Source: Isurus oxyrinchus (lineage: Eukaryota). From it: a DNA stretch of 64,000 nucleotides. Location of the stretch: contig JANJGN010000013.1 in assembly GCA_026770705.1 (NCBI GenBank), forward strand, positions 42,904,001 through 42,968,000, written 5' to 3'. The translations under genes and the position numbers were made by a program. Under the pieces are notes generated by a model that saw only the letters and a list, made by a program, of their open reading frames with translations, did not search any database and had not been told where the DNA came from. Positions within the stretch are counted from its first letter, which is position 1. Each line of letters opens with the position of its first letter. Shown piece after piece: positions 25,093 to 37,010 of this stretch.

Positions 25093-25593
25093 AAGCTCTG
25101 TCAACAATTTCTACAGATCAGTTTAATTGTTGGTAAATAAGCAAAGAAGTCCACTCTGAACTTCACATCACAACTGCTCCATAGGACTTTCTATTTTTAC
25201 TGCGGGACATTAACTAATACTTTATCTTACTCCCCTTCTACAAGGAAAAATAAAATTTGTGATTTGTGATTTCAAATAAAATGGCAGCTCCATGCACTGG
25301 TCCAGCGGAAGGAGTCTGCCCAATATATCCATGCTACGTAGTGCTAATTAGCTTCACCTTCACAGCAGCAAGTATTCCCTGTAGCAACTTAACTGACCCT
25401 TATTGTACACAAAGGAACTTGCTACCCCAATTTAACACAACACACTGTATATAACAGTTGTGACTTTGGTAATAGATATTTCCATTACATCATCTGAAAA
25501 TACTTACTATATTCTTTCATGAGATACGAGAATCGGTGGCAAGGCCAGCATTTGTTCCCATCCCTAATTTCCCTTGGGTGGGTTTTAGTTATA
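25093..25593 (+). repeat. Local direct duplication, copy B
   Basis: Aligns with 23411-23908; core 25339-25453 is identical. Confidence 0.95.
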
Positions 25594-26529
25594 CCTGTGC
25601 TTTAAATGAAGAAGCCTATCAGAAGGGTGAAAGACTTTCCATCATCAACCAGGTGGAAATGGTTGAATATCATGACTATAATAACAAGATAGGCTTTTAG
25701 AAAGTGTGAATAATTTGAGATCAATACCTGTCCATCTTCTCAGCCAGGTGAGATTGACAGCCTTTCCACATGGCACTTTGTATTGGCAAAAGCGTTTTCA
25801 TCTCATGACTGGAGACGGCTATCATAGTACAAGTTTTGAAAATGTATGTAATGCTTTACAAATACCCAAATATATATTCTTCCAAAATTGAAATATACAC
25901 AGATAAAGCCAATGCCCTTCTCTGAACTTTACTTTCCTTGTTTGTTCTAATGACTAATATGCTCTTCTACTCTTCACCTACTGCTTTGAAACAATTTACT
26001 GCTCTAACTCGTACTCCAAAGGATCTCACAACTTTGAAACCATTTATTCAGTATTTCAGCCCTGTTGCAAGCTTCTAGCTTTAAACCCCAAGCTTGGAAG
26101 AACTTAATCACTGGTTGCTGATTTACTTCATCCTCTATTTTATTCTTTTCAAACTTGGCCGTGCGTTGTATTCTAGTCTTAGTTTCTCAATAATAAAGCT
26201 ACTGCAGCCTTTAAACGTAATGCTTACACATGATATGGGATGTCTGTTACTCTATTTCAGGCAGTCATACTTCTAAATAGATTACAGATGTGATAAAATA
26301 TTATTTGAATGCCAAAAATACAACCAATGTTGGAAGCCCCAGATGGTCTGAAGGGTCTATCATAAATTAAATAATAATGTGACTTTGAGATGAGTTGGAT
26401 GTTAACCATCATAATCGCAGTCTAAAACAAACTGTGGTTTTGCCAGTAACGACACTGGTATCTATTTTTTTCAGCATTCAAGGCAGCATTCACATATAGG
26501 CTGAGTTTTCTTTATGCAGAGTTGAAGAG

Positions 26530-27560
26530 ATCAAGAGTGGCTTGCAAATCTGGTGCAGACTGGGCAATGACACTTCAGCCATCCTCAAACTGTTGATCAC
26601 GTATACGTATGATGGTCAGTTTTGTGTTGGCATGGAGGTGTTAAATATTTTTCCATGTAGACAGTATTTAATACTGACATCAGGGGACAGTTGTTTGATG
26701 AGGTAAATAAGCACTGTCAGATAGATTGTAAATAGTATAGGGGCTATCACATAGCCTAGCTTGACCCTAGTCCGTATTTCCAAGACATTTGTTTCAAATC
26801 TCCCACTCAAGACATATCAGCATACCACGTCACTCAAAAGGCCACCATTGACAAGGAGATCCAACACTCAATCAGCTTCGCCAGTTCAGCCTCCTACAAA
26901 CGACAACAGAAAGTGTTTGACAAAAAAGACCTCCGCAAGTGAACAAAAGTATACAGAATAATTGTCGTCACCACATTCCTATGCTGCAGTGAGGCCTAGA
27001 CTGTGTATCAGTGACACATAAAAACGCTAGAGAAATTCCATCAGCAGTGCCTCCACCACATTCTTGGATCCAATGGGAGGACCATCAAACAATTGCAAAT
27101 GTCCTCCTTGAAGCCAGCTCCACAAGTGTTCAGACAAAACTCCTGCAAAATAAACTTTGATGGGCTAGACACCATGTCCTGATGGTTGAAAACCATCTCC
27201 CCAAACTGATCCTTTTTTGCTTATCTCTCAAATGGCCTACGTTTCAGAGGAGGACAAAGAAAATGCTTCAAAGATACTCGGAAGCTGTCCTTGAAATGCA
27301 GCAGCATTGATATCAATGACTGGGAAGAGCTTGCTATTTAGTCATTCAGAATGGTGGCAAATTGTCCATCAACTTCATCACATTTTGAGCTACAACATCT
27401 TCATAATGAGGCAGAACGACAGTAGAGAAGGGAAGAAAAGGAAACGAATCCTGCACTCTGTATCCCACTACTTTTTGGGATGTCCTGCCCCATGTGACCA
27501 AAGTTCTACAGGTTGAGAATTGGCCTCTTAAGGCATGTGAAGACCCATGGCAAAAGCTAC
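26530..27560. mobile_element. RTE-clade LINE remnant with inverted 5' segment
   Basis: Minus ~26530-26815 encodes RTRVKLGYVIAPILFTIYL (RT motif); plus part encodes LEKFHQQCLHHIL, LPKLIL, GGQRKCFKDT, IDINDWEELA. Confidence 0.78.
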
Positions 27561-29257
27561 CAATTCTGAGTAGAATATTATGCTCAAATCAAAAGGCAAT
27601 ATGATGATAACAATGTTTTCCCTAATTGCATCTCTGGGACAGTTACTAACATTTGCATTATAGCTTTTTAAAAATATTTTCACTCCTTAATATGGAAGCT
27701 TCAGAACCTGTTGACTAAAACTGTATAAATGAGTAGTTTGATTTTATTTAAGGGGCTTGTTTTGCAATGTCCCTTTTCATAATAGTCTAAAGTAGTAGCA
27801 TGACCATATTATTGCTGCAATATGCTCAAATTCTATTCCTTAAGAGATTTGAAAGAAAACAATTGCATATTACTCTTTGATAAATGGAATTTAGCTCCTC
27901 TCAAATGCAGAGATTTTGATTAAATTTTAAATTAGAATTCTATCTGGCATACATAGAAATTTATTTTGCAAGTTAAGTGAGATGAAGAATTCCTTATGTA
28001 CTCTTTCATGGCTTTGGAAGTCATCATTTAAATGCTTCTTACGCGTCTTGAAGAAAGGGGAATGCTCATTTTTCATAAGCCCAATTAATTAACACTGACA
28101 CTAAAACTATTATAAAACAGTTAAGAGGTGAGGAATATTTTTGGACACACATTGGCAAATGTCCGAAGAGTAAGGATTTGTTGATCCAATGGATTCTTTG
28201 TAAAGTGGGATGTTGAAGGGTGAGATGGAGACACTGACCTCTGTGAAAGATTTAAGTACAAATCACCCATTCCTAGCTATTTAGTGACGACAAATCACAC
28301 CAGCATCTGAAAGTAACAGGACAGAAATGCTTGTGGTTATGAAGTGCATGTCAGTGATGTAAACTTATGAAGATGATGCTTTCAATGTTTGCACTAACTG
28401 TCCTTAACTTAATGGGACCTTACTTAGCTTTTTGCCTATGCATTAGAAAAGTCGTGTACTTTTTAAAATTGATGATTTCCAGTCAAAAATTCTTTTTCAC
28501 ATTCAAAGCTGCACATCAAAATGATATGACATTTGTATATGTAATTTTACTTTCTGTCAAACTCAAATATTTATTGATTGGGATATGTCAGCAATAATTC
28601 ACTTGTAGTTGACTGTCAATTATAAATAGGCTGTATTTGTTCTCAAATCATTGTTTGTCTAGTTTGGGGTATATTTAGTTTTCAGGAGAATTGGCAGTGT
28701 GCTGACCACAGTATCAACAAATGTGGAGAACATGGAAAATCCCAGCCCCATTAATAAGGCCCTTTTTTGTGCTAAACTTAAATATATTTACATTAAATTG
28801 CTGCATTACTGTGACTATTTTTCAAGTACAGGCCCGGAGAGGAATGGCTAATCATGGTGTTCTGCAGTTTCAGAGCATTGTCTGTAGTATTTTTAATGGT
28901 GCTGGATCATACTTGACATTAATGAGCAACAATCACTGTTTTGAAGGACTTGGCTCTCCTAGGATAAGAATCTCCCCCCAATTCTGTTATGTCTGTTTTC
29001 AATAAAATAGGGTGCAGATGCCCAATGTTTTGAATGTATGTCACAGGACCAAAGCATTAGCAACACGTTTTTTTCAAATAAAGTTGTTATGGTATCACAT
29101 GACATGACCAAAATATAAGTGATTTGGATACCTTTCCTCCTAAAAGGTAAAATTATCCCGTGACCACATTAAAGTGACTTATGTCACTTTATCTCAGTAC
29201 AGATAAATTTGAGCTCCATATTTCAATGACTTTAGTTTGAGTCCCATCTAACATAAT

Positions 29258-30078
29258 AGGCTGAATTTTACGCCTCGTGGGCAGGTGCACGCCCGACCCG
29301 AATGGACATAAAATAACACAAGATGACGTCAGGCGAGGGTCCCGATGTCATCCCATACGCGACCAATCATCAGATCGGCGGACGTGCTCAGATGTCAGTG
29401 CCGCATTCGTCCACAATTAAAAGGCCACTTAAGGCCATTAAAAAGTCAATTGATCTCTCTTTACATTGCCTGCACGATTTTGTGCTCATTGCATAGGCCA
29501 AATGGGCAGGCGAGCAGCCTACTTTTAACAAAACCTCATCCAAGGATGGGATAAAAAGGGTTAGCAGCATTGCCAGTATGAGTAGTGAGGAGTATAGGAG
29601 ATAGTTTGCTGCTGGTTGCATATTTGAACTTGATTGCTATATCTTTGTTCTGAGCTTCAGTCTTAGCATTTCTAGGCTTCATTTCAGGACTCATTGGTGT
29701 CTCCAAGGCCCCCAGAGAATTTTGATTGTGTGGACCCTCCCAGGTATCAGACAGCCTTCTGTAACCCTGGTAAAGGGGATTGTGGCCTTTGCTGGAGGCA
29801 CCTCCCCTGAGGAGGAAGAGAGGGGCAGAAGGGAGAGGAGGCCAGGTGTACCAATGCAGCTTCCAGGGGAGTGACCTGTGGGAGGAGAGGTGCAGGCACA
29901 AGGGGACCAGTGCCAGCAGGTAGTCCAAGGTGTAAGGGGCTGCTATCTTGCTGCCAGGGTTTTCAGGCAGCAATGCAGCTACCTCAATATGTCCAAGGTA
30001 CAAGCCGAAGGAGTCTCCCCCTCTCCAGGGAGATTGACCCCCATTTCTCAGATGATTGAGTCTGAACTCAGCAACTAA
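29258..30078 (+). mobile_element. Second Harbinger family: left terminus and transposase N-terminus, truncated
   Basis: Terminus (A)GGCTGAATTTTAC; translation ARVFRQQCSYLNMSKVQ..RRSLPLSRE..LTPISQMIESELSN; subterminal region related to 45715-46357. Confidence 0.72.
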
Positions 30079-30470
30079 CTCAATGGGGTTTTCAGCACGT
30101 CTGAGACATCCAGTGCTTTTCCTTCTTCTAGTTCCTTGTGCTTCAGTGTCAGATTTACATTTTCCAATCTCATTTCTGTCTTTTCTTTCTCCATCTGCAA
30201 CAGAACTTTGTCCTTGTCCTTCATTTTGGTTTCACTGTTAGCCAGGTCTGTCTCCAGTGAAGTCTTAACTTGTTTCAATTCTGTAATTGTGCTACTCATG
30301 GCTTTGTTATCCACTTGCAGCTTGCAAAGTTCTATGTCTTTTCCTTTCAATGCCTCCTCATTTTCATTCAACTGGTTATTCAGCTCTTTAGTCTTTTTCT
30401 TGTAGCTCTCAGCTGCCTCCTGGAATATGGAACATTGCTGAGTCTTCTCTGCCAACTGGTTCTTCAGTTT

Positions 30471-30682
30471 CAAAAACAGAAAATGCTGGAAAAACTCAGC
30501 ATGTCTAGCAGCATATGTGGCGAGAGAAACTGCGTTAACGTTTTGAGTCTGTATGACTCATATAGAGTCAAAACATTAACCCTGTTTTTGTCTCCACATA
30601 TGCTGCTAGACCTGCTGAGTTTTTCCAGCATTTTCTGTTTTTGTTTCAGATTTCCAGCATCTGCAGTATTTTGCTTTTATCT
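30471..30682. mobile_element. Short fold-back Penelope terminal insertion inside the UACA-like fragment
   Basis: Inverted arms centred near 30557; TSD TGGTTCTT(CA/TG)GTTT at 30457-30470 and 30683-30696. Confidence 0.85.
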
Positions 30683-31668
30683 TGGTTCTTTGGTTTGTTC
30701 AAAGTGACGTTAAATTCATATTGCTTCTCTTGGTAATTTTTAAGAGGCACAAACTTCGACCTGAGGGGCTTTTGTGGTGTGTGAAGGTCTTTCAACACGT
30801 TTTCCTGTTCTTTGCAAGGCTCGCTTGCTATATAATGAGTTTTTATATAATTTAGCAGTCTCCATGAGTTTCTCCTGCTGTTCTTGCATGCTGCTGTTTA
30901 AGACAGCCTCAGTTTCTTCATGTCGCTCAATGGTTACATTCCTTTTGCATTTGATCTTGAAGAACAATCAGTTGTTCTTTCAGCTATTTATCTTCTTGTT
31001 GACCTCTTGCCAACCCAGTCTGGGCTTCAGTACATCATTTTGTTGCTACTGATAGTTCCATCACAGCTTATTCTCAATGTCCTTTTAGCTCCTCATGTTT
31101 TCCATGACTACATATTGATTCTTCAGGGTCACAACTTCTTTGTGTGCCTTTTCTGCCTGCTGTTTCACCTGGCTGTCTATCTGGTTGAGTTTCCTAATTT
31201 CTGCTTTGATTTGTCACCTGTGGAATTGGGGGTCATGATTTCCTCCTTGTATCTTTGTGTTGTTTGAAAAAATTTGTTTGTTCAGATCTTGAACAGCTTG
31301 AAGGCTTCAGTTTATTGTGCATTTTCAAAAGTATATACTCAGCTTGAATCTTGCACTTCAAACCTTCCAGTTCAGCTCTGATGCAAACATTTTCCTGTAG
31401 AAAAGTTTTATTTACATTTTGCACATTTTGCTTCTGTTGAGTATCCTCAGATAGCTCTCCTTCATTCACAACCAGCTACTCACTCCACACTGCCATCTGC
31501 TGCTGCAGTTTACATACTGTGTCAGTGTTTTCAAAAAACTCTATCTTTAAGTGTTTTGGCTGCTTCTCAGCCATTTCTTTCTTCTGCACTAAAATCTTTG
31601 GCTCGTGCATTTCATTGCACTGACATGGTCGGCAACCATCTTGTGATTTACTTCAATATTATCTCCCC

Positions 31669-31740
31669 CCTCTCTGGAGTTTGCTGCTGCCCCCTCACAG
31701 GAGTTTTTTGTTGCCCTTACTCTGGGGTCTTTAGTTGCCC
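31669..31740 (-). repeat. 24-bp tandem repeat x3 (GQLKTPE*/GQQKTPVR/GQQQTPER)
   Basis: Three imperfect in-frame units visible on the minus strand. Confidence 0.75.
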
Positions 31741-33304
31741 ATGGCGCTTTATTGGGAGTGTGTGAAGTCTTCTTCTAGGGCCTGCGCTCTCCACAATTTG
31801 GAGTTTAAAATATCTGTCAAAACCTTTCAAACATTGTTGAGCATTGACCTATACTTTGGCTGTGGCGTACTTCACCTGCAAATGGGCCAAACACAAATAA
31901 AAACTCGTCAACTTGTACTTTTTCTGATTCCTGATTTAATCTTGTAATTCTCCTGTCAACTAAAAATTATTTTCTCCAAGGCTCCCACTCTTGGGTCTGG
32001 ATTAGTAATTTCCTTAGCCAAAATGCATTTAACTCTTCTAGTTTTCTGTCCATGGCTGTTCTTTTGTAGTAGTAGTTGCAGCTTTAAATGCGTTTGCTCC
32101 TTTAAGGCAGTGACTACTTTTTTTCACTTCAGCTGTCTGCAGCTGTTGGTCCTTTCTCTGTGTGATTTTCCTGTGCTTTTTTGGGTTCAACAGGATCCCC
32201 GTGATCATGGCCTTTTGTTTAAATTTAAAGCCACAGCACTTCTGTTCGCTCTGCTTGCCATGAAGGGGATTTTTTTTTTTTTTTTTTACTTGCAGCTGCC
32301 TCTTTTTTTGCTCTGCATGTTCTTCTTTTTAACTTTTTTTAAAGTTCAGTGCAGCAGAGCCACCACATGCTATGGTGCTGCTGTAGGCCCCCTTCTCCAG
32401 CTCTCTTTCAGCTGCTTTCTGGGTGCTTAGCCCCAGGGACTGCTGCCTCTTCTACAACATAAATACAGCTTCTTATTTTGCAATTTTGCTCAGCTGTTTT
32501 GTGATCTGACCAGGTTTCCTTCACTATGGATCATTCAGGGCCTTGCAATGGAATTCCATTCACTCTGGCAGATTCCTCAACTTCCAAGCCTGTAGTAAAG
32601 CTTCTTCAACTGTTTCTTCAATTTTTCTTCTCGTCAGGCTCTCTAATCAAGCTTCAAATGCTGTTGGTTTTTCATATCTTGGGATTCTGTTCTGGGTTCA
32701 TCAGTTAAATGTTACTTTTAATACCACCGCTGATTACCATGTGATATTATGGATTCATTTGGCGTCTCATTGATGAGATCTTGAGAATTGTATGTTTAAA
32801 CATGAACCATTTATTAGTCATCCTTAAAAATGTACAGATCTCAGTTATTGCCATGCATGGTACAGTTTCCATGCTGGCTCCTTCTAGACTGTTCTATGAG
32901 CCCATTACCATGTGACTCTACACATCATTTTGTGGGTAGTGATATTCTCCAGTCCCACTTTATTCCTTGCTCTGCTGAGGACCTTTACATTACAATGGCA
33001 TGCAGGCACACACAACATGAAAGGGTGACTCTCAGCCACAGTGAAAGAGCTGAACAGGAGCAGCTCTTCCAGCCTAAAATCACTGATTTTATTGGGAACA
33101 GCAACTTTGTGCAACATCTCTCAAATATCTTGGATTCCATTAGGGGTAATCTCACCTCATTGCCTGTGAGACTCCCTGAAGTGTGTGCATTCTAAAATTG
33201 GTTGTACCTCTGAGGAGGGGGTGCAGGTCACTTCAGCAGTCCCAGTGATAGGTGCAGAACTCTAACAGCCCCTGACTTCTCCACAGCCATGTACAAGACC
33301 CATA

Positions 33305-34418
33305 GGGTGGAATTTTCTATGCACACTGGTGTCGGGCGTCATGGTGGCTGTGAGCAAACAATATGATGGGAAGGCCAGAAATCAGTTTCATGACATCGTG
33401 AACCTAGTTTGCAATCATCCACTCCACCTGTTAATGGCGGGCTGCATTTCCCCCCACTGCACATTGGGAACTTCATTATACTACATCTGCATATCATCCC
33501 CCATACTGGATCATCTGGACACATCAGCAGACGTGTTTCACAACTGTATATAAGCGACGTGCATCTGGTGAGCTGCACTTCACTTGGGACTTTGAGGTTT
33601 GTTTGCCAACTTGCTTCGGGCAGCACTCACAGTCATCAGCACCAGGCTTCTCTGACAATACCATATCAGTTTTAGGGGTTTCGCGGGCAGGTCTCTATTT
33701 ACAAGACCAGCAGTAAGGCAGGGGTGGCTTTTCAATGGCTGTAGGGCTAGTGCTTGCTTGGAAAGGGGAGAGAAATGGCCTCAGGCAAGGAAATAGGCTG
33801 CAGGGCTGGGGCATTATTGGGGAAGGGGGGTGTCCCAGGGTGTGTGTGGGGACACATGTGATATGTGCAAGTGACCTCTAGAGGGTGAGGGCTGAGGAGG
33901 CAGTCGCCAGAGGGGATGAGGCCAGATGGAGATGTTAGGGTGTGTGTGAGAGAGTGAATGATGATGTCCCTTGAGCTGGCTGAGCTTCCAGTGAATGTGT
34001 GATGGGCTTGTAAGTGTGTGAATTTAGAGTGATGAAATGGTTGCCTTACCCCAGTGGCACAGATGAGATCATTCACCCTCTTTCTGCATTAGATGGCGAA
34101 CATCTGTGTAGCGTTGACACTGACCACCATTGTCACTACCTCCCAAGCCAGAGTGGTGACACTGATGGGCCTCCTGTGGCCAGACTGGAGGTACAGGACA
34201 TCATGGCGGGTTCCAACGGTGTCCAGAAGGTATCCCAGGGATGCATCACTGAAGCGGGTGGCTGCAGTTTTCTTGCCTTTCGGGGCCATGTCTTCTGTGC
34301 AGCATTCCTGGGCTGGAAACACTGAGAGGTGTGCATGCGGCTGCACTTTAAATATGGCACCCGGCGTGAGGAAGCAGTAAGGCGATGGCGTGACGGGTGA
34401 ATCGGAGGCTGCCCACCA
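33305..34418. mobile_element. Internally deleted Harbinger (copy 3): transposase-side terminus joined to Myb exon 1
   Basis: Starts GGGTGGAATTTTCTATG, similar to 18279 onward; minus-strand MAPKGKKTAATRFSDASL from 34289; transposase ORF absent. Confidence 0.82.
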
Positions 34419-34929
34419 GTGAAATTACACCAGCTGCTGTGGTGGGATTTGAACCTATGTCCACAGGGCATTCGCCTGGGCCTCTAGATTACTGGCTGTT
34501 AATCCTTTTCATTGACAATTCAATTGAAATTTTATTGGCAGATTGCAATTCTGTATTATGGGGCTTATTTTCCGCTGGTTCTCAATTGCAAAACATGCTG
34601 GCATGTCGAGATAGAGGATCAGCCATGATCATATTGAATGGTGGAGCAGGCTCAAAGGGCCTAATGACCAACTCCTGCTCCTATTTTCTATGTTTCTACC
34701 TCTGGTTTACATTCATATCTGCTGTTTGGTAAATATTAGCATATGGAGGAAAATGTACACCTCTGCCCCCTACCATTGATAACCTCCCATAGCATACAAT
34801 TTTATTCGCTGTACTAGCACTGTTGCAAACTAAATTAAACTTCTTTGACATGCTTAACTCAGCAGTGTTAATTAATTTGAATGAAGCCAGTGTAACCAAA
34901 ATTATAATATTCCATCTTTTTGTAATGTA

Positions 34930-35785
34930 ATAATGGGGACAGTATGAATTGCTGGAAAAGGACATAGATAGGCTAGCAAGATGGGCAGACAAGTGGCAGA
35001 TGGAATTCAATACAGAGAAATGTGAAGGTGGTGCATTTTGGCAGAACGGATGGGAGAAGCAGTAGAGACTTATTGCAACAACTCTAAAGAGTGAGCAGAA
35101 GCAGAGGGACCTGGGTGCATGTGCATTGAACTTTTGAAGAAGAAAGGACATATTGAGAGAATAGTTAGCAAAGCACATGGGATCCTGGGCTTTATAAATA
35201 GGGATATTGAGTAGAAAAGCAGGGAAGTTATACTGAACATTTACAAAGCTCTGGTAAGGCCCCAACTGGAGTTTTGCATCCAATTCTGGTCACCACACTT
35301 TAGAAAAGATGTGAAGGACCTCAAGAGGGTGCAGAGGACATTTACTACAATGGTTCCAGGGATGGAGTGGTTTTAGTTACAAGGTTAGGTTGCAAAGGTT
35401 GGGGTTGTTCTCCTTGGAGCAAAGTAGATTCACGGGAGATTTGATAGAGATGTACAAGATTACGACCGGTTTAAGGTAGACAAGGAAAAGCTCTTCCTAT
35501 TAGCTGATTGTAAAAGGGCTAGGGGACACAGACTAAGATTTTGGGCAGAAGTTGCAGGGGAAATGTGAGGAATAACTTTTTTTATGCAGCAAGTGGTGAT
35601 GACCTGGAACTCACAGCGCATGAGAGTGGTGGAAGCAGAAATAATCAATGAGTTCAAAAAGTTCAATAAACTTGCAGAGCATTGGGGATCAAATAGGGGA
35701 GTGGGACTGACTGAATTGCTCTGCAGGGAGCTGGCATGGAATCAATAGGCTGAATAACCTCTTTCTGTGTCATAAGTTACTCTAC
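34930..35785 (+). mobile_element. CR1 LINE 3' fragment
   Basis: DIDRLARWADKWQMEFNTEKCE, QRDLG, YKALVRPQLEFCIQFWSPHFRKDV. Confidence 0.88.
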
Positions 35786-35919
35786 AAGTGGAATCTTATG
35801 CTCTTGCTGGTGGCGAGCTTGGAGGAGGGAAGGGCATTTATTAGAACTGAGGAGGAGAAACTCGTCTCCACAGATACATGAAACTGGAGTTCAGCATTGT
35901 TATTTTCTTCCAATATTCT

Positions 35920-36135
35920 CTTTTACCTGACTAATATCCTCAACCAATATCACTAAAACAAATTACCTGATCATTATTCTCATTGCTGTTTTGCAGCTTA
36001 CTGCACGCAGACTGGTTGTTGTGTTTCCCTACATTACAACCGTTACTCCACAACAGAAACATTTCATTAACTATAAACATGTTGAAATTTCCTGAGATTA
36101 TGAAAGGCACCATATGAATGTAAGGTCTAACTTTA
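35920..36135 (+). mobile_element. Deu-domain SINE 3' fragment
   Basis: ATCCTCAACCAATATCACTAAAACAAATTACCTGATCATTATTCTCATTGCTG and TTTCCTACATTACAAC-like motifs. Confidence 0.65.
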
Positions 36136-36802
36136 CTTTGAGGAGAAATTGTTCTGCAGCATGCTGAAACTTGGCCTAACAAGAGGATCCAGACTCGAGT
36201 ATGGACCACCTCATGATGAATTATCTGGTCAGCATCATCGCCACATGCCTCTTAAGGTATGAGTAGCTGCAGGGAAGGTAAGTCACCCTACAGGTTATAT
36301 ATTTTATGGTGGGTCAAACATCTTCATAAATGTTTTGAATGCACATCTGCAAATATTAGTGGAGCTTTTATCTATGAAAAGAAATTCATCTGGATAATGG
36401 AGACTAACAGGCTGACATTGGTTTATAAGTAGGTAACAGATTGAAAGCAGCACTCTACATAATTTGGGCCCATACACACAAATGTGCAAGGAAGAGATCA
36501 AGTAAGTCATTAACCTACATGTCTATAAATGTTCACCAATAACATATGAACTTGAGTTATGCTGAGAATTTGGAGAAATCAGTAAACTGATGTTTATTAA
36601 AATTGTTGGCAACTATTTTTGATAAAATACCACAGTGTTGCTAATGATGTGTATCTAGCTCAATGTGGTTTTAATTCACAACAGTGCTTTTGGCACATTT
36701 ACTGAGCTGAGAATTTTGTATTTTGGGTTGTTTTGGTGGTGACCATTTGTTGGGATTTGGAATCCTGACCACACATAAGTAAACGCAAAAGCATCAATAT
36801 GT

Positions 36803-37010
36803 TCTTTTTATTCATTTATGGGATGTGGGTGTTGCTGGCTAGGCAATCGTTTATTGCCCACCCCTAATTGACCCTGAGAAGGTGGTGGTGAGCTGCTTTC
36901 TTGAACCACTGCAATCCATGTGGTGTAGCTATACCCACAGTGCTATTAGGGAGGGAGTTCCAGGATTTTGACCCAGCAATAGTGAAGAACGGCGATATAT
37001 TTCCAAATTA
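36803..37010 (-). mobile_element. Non-LTR retrotransposon 3' end (clade not resolved)
   Basis: Minus strand encodes AGSKSWNSLPNSTVGIATPHGLQWFKKAAHHHLL then an AATAAA tail; related pieces at 48645-48840, 51155-51415 and 38170-38310. Confidence 0.65.

Larger units (their letters stand above)
30079..32050 (-). pseudogene. UACA: Decayed coiled-coil gene fragment of the UACA/RAI14/ANKRD24 family (UACA-like)
   Basis: Frameshifted translation has LTGELQD, LQVKYATA, KIQAEYILLKMHNKLK, LKNQYVVM, LQDQMQKE..IERHEETEAVLNSSMQE, LKNQLAEKTQQ, KTKELNNQL, KTSLETDLAN. These resemble, in order, recalled UACA segments (LTEELKD, LKVKY, NQYVPVKTHEE, NQIKAEYISLAEHE, LKDQLSEQTQK, KTDELNKQL, KSDLETQIS). No ankyrin repeats seen. 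Confidence 0.68.

Noticed and set aside
31876-31900. Strong-looking minus-strand splice acceptor in the UACA-like region
   Set aside because: UACA-like similarity appears on both sides and no matching donor was found.
32830-33195. 121-aa plus-strand ORF
   Set aside because: Possibly a remnant of a transposon accessory gene, but no diagnostic motif supports a call.
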